A DNA stretch of 32,000 nucleotides from Aliivibrio fischeri ES114 (GCF_000011805.1 NC_006840.2), one strand, 5' to 3'. Counted from the first letter of the stretch, positions 20,932 to 30,383 are shown. Numbers and translations: made by a program. Notes: generated by a model from the letters alone, not told the origin.

Positions 20932-21285
20932 CTAATGCTTCGTATTATTTGATGGGCGAGAAGTGGCGTTAGGAAATTGAATAACATCTGCAGCTTGATG
21001 CTCATCAATGGGTTTGTTGAGTGAATCAGCAAAGCGAACGAATTGCTTTCCAAGCTCTCGTCCTAGAAGAATATTTACATGATTTGGATTGTTGCCTCGC
21101 TCAATAATGCGTTCAATATGACTTTGCTGTGCAAGCAGTGGTCCTTGATGTTCTTCTGGAACACTTTCAATAAACTCCATACTTAGTTGATGACGTAATG
21201 CTTCCAGTTGTTCTGGATCTTTTTCTGCTAATGCTTTTAGCTCATCAAATGAGGGGATGGATAGGTTGCGATGTGATTGCGGCAT
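20932..21285 (-). CDS. DUF3135-like small protein
   Basis: 117-aa ORF, SIPSFDELKALAEKDPEQLEALRHQLSMEFIE, convergent with the CHMI-like gene. Confidence 0.6.
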   Translation of the reverse strand: MPQSHRNLSIPSFDELKALAEKDPEQLEALRHQLSMEFIESVPEEHQGPLLAQQSHIERIIERGNNPNHVNILLGRELGKQFVRFADSLNKPIDEHQAADVIQFPNATSRPSNNTKH

Positions 21286-21395
21286 AAACTGATTCCTTGT
21301 TTTTGCTTTTATAGATTCAGCTTAGTTGAAGTTTTCAGGTTTTGAGAAAGTAGAGTTGGGGGGATTGAATCGGAGTCTCGCTTTTGAGATGGCTA

Positions 21396-21462
21396 ACAGG
21401 GCGCTTTGCTTCTAGGGGCGAGAACGGACTTCGTCCTGCGAGAAGCGAGTGAAGGCAAGAGC
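21396..21462 (+). repeat. End module, plus orientation (variant)
   Basis: ACAGGGCGCTTTGCTTCTAGGGGCGAGAACGGACTTCGTCCTGCGAGAAGCGAGTGAAGGCAAGAGC. Confidence 0.75.
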
Positions 21463-21505
21463 AAGGTTTCAGGGGATTCGCTGTAATTACAGCGAACGAG
21501 ATACA

Positions 21506-21690
21506 GTTCCTCCCCTTGAACGATATATTATTGAGATTAGTGATGTTGATATAAGGGGAGGTTAGGAGGGGTTGTTAGTGATGAATCTTGGTTTATCTAA
21601 TAACATAAATATTATATAGCCAACCCCCTCTAACTCCCCCTTGTATTGACTATGTCTATTTCATAACCCTAGCGATTAAGGGGGAGAACC
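21506..21690 (+). repeat. 185-bp double-hairpin core, copy 1
   Basis: GTTCCTCCCCTTGAAC...ATAAGGGGAGGTTAGGAGGGGTTG...CAACCCCCTCTAACTCCCCCTTGTATTGAC...TTAAGGGGGAGAACC. Same length as 23826..24010. Confidence 0.9.
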
Positions 21691-21739
21691 GTTCTTTGCT
21701 ACACTAACCATAGCAATCATATTCAGAACTCAGCACTCG

Positions 21740-21795
21740 CTCTTAGCTCTTCCTTACCCCTCGAGCGAAGCGTCCTAGCCTCTCGCGCCTGCTCT
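21740..21795 (-). repeat. End module, minus orientation
   Basis: GCTCTTAGCTCTTCCTTACCCCTCGAGCGAAGCGTCCTAGCCTCTCGCGCCTGCTC. Confidence 0.8.
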
Positions 21796-21900
21796 TCAAG
21801 AAGCGTTCTAGCTAGCGAAGCGTATAGTCTCTAGCCTTACAGCGATTACCCCTGAATCCTGCAAGGGAGCCTGCGACCGATCTGAAACCTGAACTCTCTT

Positions 21901-21940
21901 AAAACAAAAAAAACCGCAGATGCTTTCACATCCACGGTTT
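21901..21940 (-). terminator. glpX terminator (shared cassette copy 2)
   Basis: AAAACAAAAAAAACCGCAGATGCTTTCACATCCACGGTTT; stem and loop identical to the tpiA copy. Confidence 0.85.
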
Positions 21941-21960
21941 CAAATTTATCGCAGACCTCG

Positions 21961-22009
21961 GCTCTTCCTCGCTCCTTAAGCGAAGCGTCCTCGCCTCTAG
22001 TCCCTGCTC
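21961..22009 (-). repeat. End module, minus orientation, abutting the glpX stop
   Basis: GCTCTTCCTCGCTCCTTAAGCGAAGCGTCCTCGCCTCTAGTCCCTGCTC. Confidence 0.85.
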
Positions 22010-23017
22010 TTAAAGAATAATATCTCTAACTTCAGCGTCTTTACGCTCTAAGTAGTGAATCGACTTAATACGACGAATCGTACGACAACGACCACGGATA
22101 AGTAGCGTTTCAGTTGTCGCAATATTACCTTGGCGAGTAATGCCTTCTAGTAGGTCACCTTTAGTGATACCAGTTGCTGCAAATACAACATCATCACTGC
22201 GTGCCATGTCTGTCATCTTTAAGATAACGTTCGCTTTTACGCCCATTTCTTCGCAGCGTTTTAGTTCAGCTTCACCGTGGATACGGTTTTCTTCTGTATC
22301 GCCTTTAACTTCATGACGAGGAAGAAGGCGTGCTTGCATGTCGCCATCTAGTGCACGGATAACTGCAGCAGAAACTACACCTTCAGGTGCTCCACCGATA
22401 CAGTACATAACGTCCACTTCGCTATCAGGCATACAAGTTAGAATAGAAGCTGCAACATCACCATCTGGCACAGCAAATACACGAACACCCATTTTCTGCA
22501 TGTTTGCAATTACTTCATCATGACGAGGTTTAGCCAGTGTTGTCACAACAAGCGTTTCTAATGGTTTACCTAATGCTTTTGCAATATTTACTAGGTTGTC
22601 TTCTAGAGAAAGACTTAAATCAATTGCGCCTTTTGCACCAGGACCAACCACCAATTTTTCCATGTACATATCAGGTGCTTTTAAGAAGCTACCTTTTTCA
22701 CCAGCAGCCAATACGGCAAGTGCGTTTGATTGACCCATTGCTGTCATACGAGTGCCTTCGATTGGATCAACCGCGATATCAACAGCATCGCCACCTGTAC
22801 CTACGTTTTCACCGATGTATAGCATAGGTGCATCATCGATCTCACCTTCACCAATAACAATTTCACCACTGATATCAGTTTTGTTCAGAAGAGTACGCAT
22901 TACTTCAACAGCAGCACCGTCAGCAGCGTTTTTATCACCACGGCCAAGCCATTTGTAACCAGCCAGTGCGGCACCTTCAGTAACTCGAGAAAAAGCCATT
23001 GCTAAATCGCGTTTCAT
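22010..23017 (-). CDS. glpX: Class II fructose-1,6-bisphosphatase
   Basis: MKRDLAMAFSRVTEGAALAGYKWLGRGDKNAADGAAVEVMR, GEGEIDDAPMLYIGE, VDIAVDPIEGT. Confidence 0.96.
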   Translation of the reverse strand: MKRDLAMAFSRVTEGAALAGYKWLGRGDKNAADGAAVEVMRTLLNKTDISGEIVIGEGEIDDAPMLYIGENVGTGGDAVDIAVDPIEGTRMTAMGQSNALAVLAAGEKGSFLKAPDMYMEKLVVGPGAKGAIDLSLSLEDNLVNIAKALGKPLETLVVTTLAKPRHDEVIANMQKMGVRVFAVPDGDVAASILTCMPDSEVDVMYCIGGAPEGVVSAAVIRALDGDMQARLLPRHEVKGDTEENRIHGEAELKRCEEMGVKANVILKMTDMARSDDVVFAATGITKGDLLEGITRQGNIATTETLLIRGRCRTIRRIKSIHYLERKDAEVRDIIL

Positions 23018-23384
23018 AATTGCTCCGAATAAATCGATGAATAAGTAAAAATCGAGGGGGATTTTAGCATAACAAAAAGGGAAACGTTTGCTTTTTCAGG
23101 CGAGAATGAAATTTTTTCAGCGAAGAATAAAAATATCAAGGAGCTAAAGGTGTGGTTTAACTCAAATAACGAAGGCAAATACCTAGTTTTGGTATGTAGT
23201 TCGTTTTAATCTTAAGAAAGAACGTCAGATGTTGGTAAAAACTGCTGTTTTTTTGTTCATATGATGCAATTTAATGAATAACACTATGGCAGAATTACAA
23301 TTGCTGAGTAGAATAGAAAACAAGTTTGTAGTGAGTAATAAATTCGCTACATATTCAATGAAGAATATAGTTAAGGTGGCAGGA

Positions 23385-23627
23385 ATGTCTTTAGAAATAT
23401 TAGAACAACTAGAAGCTAAAGTTCAGATGGCAGTAGATACAATCGCACTGCTACAAATGGAAGTTGAAGAATTAAAAGAAACGAACGCAGCGCTAACTCA
23501 AGATCTTGAGCAAGCAAACAACGGTCGTTCAGAAGTAGAACAAGAAGCTCAACGTGCACGTGATGAACAAGCTCAATTTGAAGCTCGCATCCGTGGTCTA
23601 CTTGGTAAAATGGACGAAGTAGAGTAA
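23385..23627 (+). CDS. zapB: Cell division protein ZapB
   Basis: MSLEILEQLEAKVQMAVDTIALLQMEVEELKETN...IRGLLGKMDEVE. Start moved from 23274 to 23385. Confidence 0.92.
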   Translation: MSLEILEQLEAKVQMAVDTIALLQMEVEELKETNAALTQDLEQANNGRSEVEQEAQRARDEQAQFEARIRGLLGKMDEVE

Positions 23628-23629
23628 TA

Positions 23630-23678
23630 GAGCAGGAACGAGAGGCGAGGACGCTTCGCTCAAGGAGCGAGGAAGAGC
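23630..23678 (+). repeat. End module just after the zapB stop
   Basis: GAGCAGGAACGAGAGGCGAGGACGCTTCGCTCAAGGAGCGAGGAAGAGC. Confidence 0.85.
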
Positions 23679-23700
23679 TAAGTTCTGTGAATTATTTTGA

Positions 23701-23733
23701 AACCGTAGGTGTGGAAGCACCTGCGGTTTTTTT
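23701..23733 (+). terminator. zapB terminator (shared cassette copy 3)
   Basis: AACCGTAGGTG-TGGAAG-CACCTGCGGTT followed by a T-run. Confidence 0.9.
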
Positions 23734-23825
23734 ATTTTAAGAGCAAAGTTTAGGTTTCAGATCGGTCGCAAGCTCCCTTGCAGGGTTCAGAGGTGCTTGC
23801 TGTAATTAAAGCGATCACAATTATA

Positions 23826-24010
23826 GTTCCTACCCTTGAACGATAGATTATTGAGATCGATGATGTTGATATAAGGGGAGGTTAGGAGGGGTTGCTAATG
23901 ATGAGTTTTGGTTTATCTGAACGACAATAATATGCATAACCAACCCCCTCTAGCTCCCCCTTGTATTGACTATACTGCTTTCATAGGTTTTGGTGTTTAA
24001 GGGGGAGAAC
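23826..24010 (+). repeat. 185-bp double-hairpin core, copy 2
   Basis: GTTCCTACCCTTGAAC...ATAAGGGGAGGTTAGGAGGGGTTG...CAACCCCCTCTAGCTCCCCCTTGTATTGAC...TTAAGGGGGAGAAC; constant 2320-nt offset from copy 1. Confidence 0.9.
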
Positions 24011-24114
24011 CATTCTTTGTCGCTGTAGCAACAACGCTCACCTCTGAATTCTGCAAGCGCAGCGATCTGAACTCTGCTCTTCCTGAAACCTCGCTTTCTC
24101 GTCCCTTAACCCTT

Positions 24115-24612
24115 TTATTCTTCCTCACCCATCTCTTCTAGCGGCTCTTGAGAGATAATCACTCCAGTCGAATCCGCGTAAAGATGATCTTCAGGTAAGA
24201 AAGTCACACTACCAAAGTTAACTGCAACATCCACTTCACCAATGTTTTGTCTTGCTGCACCAACAGGAATAGAAGCGAGAGCTTGAATGCCAATCTCAAT
24301 CTCTTCTAGGTAATCCACTTCACGGACGCAACCATAAATAACTAAGCCTTCCCAGCCATTGTGGGCTGCTTTTGCTGCTAGGTCAGCATCTACTAAAGCA
24401 CGACGTAAAGAACCGCCGCCATCAACTAATAAAACACGACCTTCGCCTTTCTCTTCTAATAGTTGATGAATCAGACCATTATCTTCAAAACATTTAATTG
24501 TTGTGATTTGACCTGAAAATGATGTCTTAGCGCCAAAGTGGCTGAACATCGGTTCAACAACATCAACTTGATCTAAATAGATGTCACAAAGTGCTGAAGT
24601 ATTGTATTCCAT
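24115..24612 (-). CDS. rraA: Regulator of ribonuclease activity A
   Basis: [47 protein letters not shown]... . Next to menA and zapB as in other gammaproteobacteria. Confidence 0.96.
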   Translation of the reverse strand: MEYNTSALCDIYLDQVDVVEPMFSHFGAKTSFSGQITTIKCFEDNGLIHQLLEEKGEGRVLLVDGGGSLRRALVDADLAAKAAHNGWEGLVIYGCVREVDYLEEIEIGIQALASIPVGAARQNIGEVDVAVNFGSVTFLPEDHLYADSTGVIISQEPLEEMGEEE

Positions 24613-24736
24613 AGTGAAACTTACCTTTTATTGGTGTTTGTAACTGTTCAATATACGTGCTTTTTTAGGCAATACTATGACAAACCGCAAATTTATCCTG
24701 ATTTACTTAGGTCAGTGAGATAAGCCGCTTTCGTTT

Positions 24737-25645
24737 TTAAACGGATAAGTACAAGCCAACAGCAAATAGTACATTGGTAAATAGTGCGCATTGCACAACG
24801 GTGCCCATCATAGGTCTGATTGCTTCACCATTTGGTGCTCGCATTACTGACATAACATGATTGAAGACGAAAGGTGCAATTGCTAAAAATAACCAACCAG
24901 TTAGTGAATGAATTTGAGTCGCACTAAAAACAGCAAGACAGATAAAACTCACGGCCATTAATACAGCATGATATTTACGACCCCAGTTTGCGCCCATGCG
25001 AACGACCAATGTCATTTTTCCGCACGCTTCGTCATTCTCTATATCACGTAGGTTATTAATATTTAATACTGCGACAGCTAATAAACCGCAGGCAGTCGCT
25101 GGTAAGAATAGAGCAGATGATAAGTGACCAGTATGAAGGTAATACGTACCGGCAACCCCTAATAAACCAAAAAAGATAAAAACAGAGATATCTCTTAAGC
25201 CACGGTAACCATAAGGCTTATCACCCATGGTATAAGCAATAGCAGCGCCAATAGCTAATAACCCAAGAGCGATGAATCCAATAATATCCATGGTTTGGTG
25301 TAATGAACTAAATACCAAAATTAAGCCACTAATGATCGTCAGAACAATATTAATACCAATGGCTTTTTTCATTGTTTCTTGCGTTACAAGGCCGGTTTGC
25401 ATTGCTCGTTGTGGACCAAGGCGATCTTCGTTATCTGTGCCTTTTACTGCATCGCCATAGTCATTTGCTAGATTCGACAATATTTGCAATAACGTTGCGG
25501 TGATAAATGCCATTAACGTGATAGTAAAAGAGGCATGGTTATTCCAATATGCCAACACAGAGCCTGTCATGATTGAGGCTAGGGCAAGAGGGAGTGTTTT
25601 TGGACGAGCGGCGTTGAGCCAAATGGAAAAAGGAGAAGTTTTCAT
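24737..25645 (-). CDS. menA: 1,4-dihydroxy-2-naphthoate polyprenyltransferase
   Basis: WLNAARPKTLPLALASIMTGSVLAYW, LQILSNLANDYGDAVKGTD, NNLRDIENDEACGK. Start at 25645. Confidence 0.95.
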   Translation of the reverse strand: MKTSPFSIWLNAARPKTLPLALASIMTGSVLAYWNNHASFTITLMAFITATLLQILSNLANDYGDAVKGTDNEDRLGPQRAMQTGLVTQETMKKAIGINIVLTIISGLILVFSSLHQTMDIIGFIALGLLAIGAAIAYTMGDKPYGYRGLRDISVFIFFGLLGVAGTYYLHTGHLSSALFLPATACGLLAVAVLNINNLRDIENDEACGKMTLVVRMGANWGRKYHAVLMAVSFICLAVFSATQIHSLTGWLFLAIAPFVFNHVMSVMRAPNGEAIRPMMGTVVQCALFTNVLFAVGLYLSV

Positions 25646-25727
25646 AGCATCGCAAAAATAGTGAATAGAGTCTCTATTATTCACTATTTTTGGAAGAACC
25701 CCAAATTTGGCGCAGAAGATAGCGAAA

Positions 25728-26597
25728 TTAATTTATTTTCCCAGTATCAATTAACTGTTGAAGTAGTGGTCTAATAATTAACTCCATAGCAAAGCTCATT
25801 TTTCCTCCGGGAACAACTAGCGTGTTATGACGAGACATAAATGAACCATCAATCATTGCTAATAAGTAAGGAAAGTCGACTTTACTCAACCCCCTAAAAC
25901 GGATGACAACAAAGCTTTCATCTAAACTCGGAATGCCTTTTGCGTTGAGTGGGTTAGAGGTATCTACGGTTGGCACTCGTTGGAAGTTAATATGAGTTCG
26001 AGAAAATTGTGGAGTAATGTAATTTAAATAGTCGTCCATTGAACGAACAATTGAGTCCATTACGGCTTCACGAGAATGCCCACGATCACGGGTATCACGA
26101 ACAAATTTCTGTATCCATTCTAAGTTTACAATTGGCACCATGCCGATAAGTAAATCCACATGTTGAGATACGTTAATATCACCATCAACAACACCACCGT
26201 GTAGACCTTCATAAAAAAGGACATCGGTATCATCTGGTAGGTCTTGCCATGGAGTGAATGTGCCAGGCATTTGATTGAATGGAACCGCTTCATCGAAAGT
26301 ATGTAAATAGCGACGATATTGACCCGTTCCATCCTCTCCGTATTGACGGAAAAACTGTTCTAGTGCCGGAAAGTCATTTGCTTGAGGACCAAAGTAACTG
26401 ATGTGCTTACCTTGTTCTTTTGCTTTACGGATCTCCACATCCATTTCAGGACGAGTGAAACGATGGAAACTGTCCCCTTCAAGCCAAGATGCCTTTATGT
26501 CCATCATATTGAACATTTTACGAAATGCTTCAGATGTGGTGGTAGTGCCTGCTCCGGATGATCCCGTTACGGCAATAATTGGATGTTTTGCTGACAT
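25728..26597 (-). CDS. prkB: Phosphoribulokinase-like protein PrkB
   Basis: MSAKHPIIAVTGSSGAGTTTTSEAFRKMF, EGDSFHRFTRPEMD, FYEGLHGGVV. Next to yheU/yheT. Confidence 0.93.
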   Translation of the reverse strand: MSAKHPIIAVTGSSGAGTTTTSEAFRKMFNMMDIKASWLEGDSFHRFTRPEMDVEIRKAKEQGKHISYFGPQANDFPALEQFFRQYGEDGTGQYRRYLHTFDEAVPFNQMPGTFTPWQDLPDDTDVLFYEGLHGGVVDGDINVSQHVDLLIGMVPIVNLEWIQKFVRDTRDRGHSREAVMDSIVRSMDDYLNYITPQFSRTHINFQRVPTVDTSNPLNAKGIPSLDESFVVIRFRGLSKVDFPYLLAMIDGSFMSRHNTLVVPGGKMSFAMELIIRPLLQQLIDTGKIN

Positions 26598-26699
26598 GAC
26601 AAACCCTGTCTAATTTCCTTATTCTCGTCGGATGTTATAACAGGGTTGGTAAAAATGATACTGTTCGGTTTGAAAATTGTGAGTATCTTGGTGAGTCTA

Positions 26700-26942
26700 T
26701 TAGTCGTAATTATGGTTAGTTAAATTAGGATTAAAGCGAGCTTTGGTTTGAATATCAACGGTTTCATGAAGCTCGGAAAAGACCACCATTGCTTCACCAT
26801 TTTTCAATAGAACTTTTATTTGATCTACTTTTTCTTGATGGCTGATTTCAACTTCACCGTAATCTGTCCCTTCACGTAATACAAATTCAGAAATTAAGTT
26901 TTCTAGTGTGTCAGGAGCGATGTCTTGCCAAGGAATGATCAT
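26700..26942 (-). CDS. yheU: YheU family protein
   Basis: [34 protein letters not shown]. Start at 26942. Confidence 0.88.
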   Translation of the reverse strand: MIIPWQDIAPDTLENLISEFVLREGTDYGEVEISHQEKVDQIKVLLKNGEAMVVFSELHETVDIQTKARFNPNLTNHNYD

Positions 26943-26987
26943 ACTACTTATCTCATCCATTAAATGAATTGCCAATAGGCGCTAAAG

Positions 26988-27956
26988 TTAGAGAATTTTT
27001 TGGAACCAGTGGTTAACGGTACTTTCTAACCAAAAATTGGGCTTAGTGATAGAACCGTCAATAAAACCTACGTGACCACCGTGTTCTGTTAGTTGATAGT
27101 GTACACAGTTAGGCAGTGGATGAGTAGGTATCACCGCGTTTGTCATAAATGGGTCGTCTTTAGAATGAATAATTCGAGTTGGTATGTCGATACGATCTAA
27201 AAACTGTAAACCACTGCATTGTTGATAATAGTCTTGTGCGTGAGCGTAACCATGCATTGGCGCTGTAATGAGATTATCAAAGGTGATTAGATCAGGTATG
27301 GCTTTGATCATCTCTTTATTTAAACCAACAATCTCTTTACGAGAGGCATTGAGCTTTTTAATGCTGTTGTTTTTTAATGAGCCTAATAAATAACCCTGAT
27401 ACAAACGAGAAAAACCTTGTTGAATACGTTCAGAACAGGCACCTAAATCCAGAGGTGCGGAGATAACTGTTGCGGCGTTCAGTAGGGTATTGTTTTGATA
27501 TTTTGCGAGGTAGTTCACTAGCATATTACCACCAAGAGAGATCCCGGTGGCGACCTTTTCTTGATTAGGGAAGCGAGCATCCAACATCTCAATAAAAAAA
27601 CGTGCGTCTTCGGTTTCGCCTGAGTGGTACGCTCTTGCTAAGCGGTTAGGCACATCACTGCAACCACGAAAGTGCATCATCACCCCAAGCCAACCTTGCT
27701 CTTTTGCAGCAGCTAATAATCCATTGGCATAAGGGCTGTCGAAACTGCCTTCTAAACCATGAAAAAGAATAAAAAGCGGTTTTTCTCCTGCTTTATTTGG
27801 GTTTTCACTCCAAGCTAGATCAACGAAATCGCTGTCTGGTAACTCAAGGCGTTGCCAATACGCATTAAACAATGGACTACGACGCAGAAAGCGAGGAAGC
27901 AATGTCTGAATATGAGCGTTAGATAAACCGGTAGCCGGTGTAAAGTTATCCATCAT
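26988..27956 (-). CDS. yheT: YheT-type alpha/beta hydrolase
   Basis: LSNAHIQTLLPRFLRR, FHGLEGSFDSPYA, MHFRGCSD, GISLGGNMLVNYLAKY. Confidence 0.92.
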   Translation of the reverse strand: MMDNFTPATGLSNAHIQTLLPRFLRRSPLFNAYWQRLELPDSDFVDLAWSENPNKAGEKPLFILFHGLEGSFDSPYANGLLAAAKEQGWLGVMMHFRGCSDVPNRLARAYHSGETEDARFFIEMLDARFPNQEKVATGISLGGNMLVNYLAKYQNNTLLNAATVISAPLDLGACSERIQQGFSRLYQGYLLGSLKNNSIKKLNASRKEIVGLNKEMIKAIPDLITFDNLITAPMHGYAHAQDYYQQCSGLQFLDRIDIPTRIIHSKDDPFMTNAVIPTHPLPNCVHYQLTEHGGHVGFIDGSITKPNFWLESTVNHWFQKIL

Positions 27957-27961
27957 CTTAG

Positions 27962-28468
27962 TTACTCTGTGTTGTTATGTTGATTACTTTCTAGAGCTGG
28001 AAGTAAGGCGTCTGCTTGCAAAGAGCGGCAATAATGCGTTAATAAACTTATCTGATTATTATCGGTTTTTATTACTAAAGGAATACGTATTAAAGCAGTG
28101 ATTAGATCGCTTTGTTGTTGCTTTTCTATTTGTAGCTCAAACCGTAAGGCTTCTTGATAAAGAGTTTGATCTTGTGTCGATTTGATCTGTTTTCTTAACT
28201 TGCGATAAGAGTGAAGTAGAGTGTCACTTTTGTGTAGAGCTGCTTCAAGAAGCGGTAAGTCAGATACCGAGAATGAGAGGTTTAGACTATTAAGCCAGAT
28301 AAGTAATAATGCTAAATTCACATTACCAAAGTAGGTGTCTTGTAGTGCCAGTGCTGCTTGTTTTACCCCATCTTTCTTATAATGGGATAATGAGAAACAC
28401 CAAAAGGCTTCTTGGGTAATAGAAGCCAATTGGTGCTCATTCAAAGGAATGTTACTGCTTGGCAGCAT
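27962..28468 (-). CDS. TIGR02444-like family protein
   Basis: MLPSSNIPLNEHQLASITQEAFWCFSLSHYKKDGVKQAALALQDTYFGNVNLALLLIWL. Start at 28468, overlapping the yheS 3' end. Confidence 0.75.
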   Translation of the reverse strand: MLPSSNIPLNEHQLASITQEAFWCFSLSHYKKDGVKQAALALQDTYFGNVNLALLLIWLNSLNLSFSVSDLPLLEAALHKSDTLLHSYRKLRKQIKSTQDQTLYQEALRFELQIEKQQQSDLITALIRIPLVIKTDNNQISLLTHYCRSLQADALLPALESNQHNNTE

Positions 28469-30383
28469 TCTCTTTTTCTTCAATTTGTTCTTGAAGATCC
28501 ATCCATTCCATTTCAACTTCTTCGAGTTCAGATTTTGCTGATGCTTGAATGGCAAGAACTTCCGTTAAACGCTTTTTGTTTTCTGCTTCATATAATGAAA
28601 CGTCACCAAGCTCTTCTTCTGCTTGGCTTAATGCTTCATTAAGCTTATCCATTCGAGTTTCAAGTTTAGTCACTTCTTTTCGTAATGGGGCAATTAGCTT
28701 TCTGAATTCGGCTTCTTTGCGTTTTTGTTCTTTTTTCTCTGCTGCACTTAAACTGGTTGATGTGCTTGGATTATCTTGCTTGTCTTGTTGCTGTTGTTCT
28801 TTACGCTCGCTCTTATTCTGCTCGGTTAGCCATTTGTAATAATCCGTTAAATCACCATCAAAAGGAACTACTTGGCGGTCATGAACTAAGTATAAGTCAT
28901 CGGTTGTCGCACGAAGTAAATATCTGTCGTGGCTGACAATAACCATTGCACCTTCAAAGGTTTGTAGTGCCATTGTTAGGGCTTGACGCATATCTAAATC
29001 AAGGTGGTTAGTCGGTTCATCAAGCAATAGCATGTTTGGTTTTTGCCATACTACGAGTGCCAGTACTAAACGGGCTTTTTCACCACCAGAGAAAGGACCA
29101 ATTTTTTCTAACGCTTTATCACCTTGGAAACCAAAACTGCCTAAATAATCACGCAGTTGTTGTTCTGTATGATTAGGGGCAATTTGCATTAGGTGCTGAA
29201 GAGGGGTTTCTTCTACGTGTAAGGTTTCCAGTTGGTGCTGTGCGAAGTAACCAATTTTAACCCCTTGAGAGTAAGTAAATACGCCACTCTGCGGAGCTAA
29301 CTCACCTGAAAGTAATTTGATTAGCGTTGATTTACCTGCACCGTTTCGGCCTAAAAGACCAATACGACTTCCCGGAACTAGGTTTAGGCGAATTTGTTCT
29401 AAAATCGTATTGTTTTCATAACCTGCACTGACTTCATCCATCATTAAGATTGGGTTTGGTAGGGCATCAGGTTCTCTAAAATTAAAGCTGAATGGGTTAT
29501 CTAATTGTGCTGGTAGCACTTTTTCCATTTTTTCTAACGCTTTAATTCGGCTTTGTGCTTGGCGTGCTTTTGATGCTTTGTAACGGAAGCGGTCAATGTA
29601 TGACTGCATGTGCGCCATGTTTTTCTGCTGTTTCTGGTATTGTGCTTGTTGTAGGATCAGTTTTTCAGAGCGTTGAACTTCAAATGATGAGTAGTTACCT
29701 GTGTACTCATTCAATTTTTGGTTTTCAACGTGAATAATACGGTTTACTACTGGATCTAAGAAATCACGGTCGTGCGAAATGAGTAATAGAGTTCCCGGGT
29801 AGTTTTGTAACCAACGCTCAAGCCACATTACGGCATCTAAGTCTAAGTGGTTGGTTGGTTCATCAAGTAATAATAAATCAGAGCGACAAATCAATGCTTG
29901 TGCTAAGTTTAAACGCATACGCCAACCACCAGAGAATTGGGTTAAATTCCATTCCATCTGTTGTTGTGAAAAGCCTAAACCATTAAGTAATTCTGCAGCA
30001 CGAGAATTAATGGTGTAACCACCTACGGTTTCAAGTTTACCGTGTAATTCAGCAACCAGAGTTCCGTTATCGGCTTCTTCTGCTTTTGCTAATTGCGCTT
30101 CTAAACCACGAAATTCACGGTCACCATCAATAACATAGTCAATGGCTTTGCGTTCTAATGCAGGTGTTTCTTGAGCCACCCAAGCCATTTCCCAGTTATG
30201 TGGAACACGGTTTGAACCTGCATCAACACTCAATTCACCTTTGATTAAGGCAAAAAGTGTGGATTTACCACAGCCATTTTTTCCGACTAAACCGACTTTG
30301 TCACCAGGGTGAATAGTGGCAGAGGCTTGCTCTAGTAATGGCTTTCCGCCACGAAGTAATTGAATGTCTGAAAAGGTAATCAT
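28452..30383 (-). CDS. yheS: ABC-F family ATPase, YheS-like
   Basis: Two ABC domains: GLVGKNGCGKSTLFA / LSGGW-type signature / LLLDEPTNHLDLDAVMWLE, and GLLGRNGAGKSTLIKLL / LLLDEPTNHLDLDMRQAL. Confidence 0.95.
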   Translation of the reverse strand: MITFSDIQLLRGGKPLLEQASATIHPGDKVGLVGKNGCGKSTLFALIKGELSVDAGSNRVPHNWEMAWVAQETPALERKAIDYVIDGDREFRGLEAQLAKAEEADNGTLVAELHGKLETVGGYTINSRAAELLNGLGFSQQQMEWNLTQFSGGWRMRLNLAQALICRSDLLLLDEPTNHLDLDAVMWLERWLQNYPGTLLLISHDRDFLDPVVNRIIHVENQKLNEYTGNYSSFEVQRSEKLILQQAQYQKQQKNMAHMQSYIDRFRYKASKARQAQSRIKALEKMEKVLPAQLDNPFSFNFREPDALPNPILMMDEVSAGYENNTILEQIRLNLVPGSRIGLLGRNGAGKSTLIKLLSGELAPQSGVFTYSQGVKIGYFAQHQLETLHVEETPLQHLMQIAPNHTEQQLRDYLGSFGFQGDKALEKIGPFSGGEKARLVLALVVWQKPNMLLLDEPTNHLDLDMRQALTMALQTFEGAMVIVSHDRYLLRATTDDLYLVHDRQVVPFDGDLTDYYKWLTEQNKSERKEQQQQDKQDNPSTSTSLSAAEKKEQKRKEAEFRKLIAPLRKEVTKLETRMDKLNEALSQAEEELGDVSLYEAENKKRLTEVLAIQASAKSELEEVEMEWMDLQEQIEEKENAAKQ

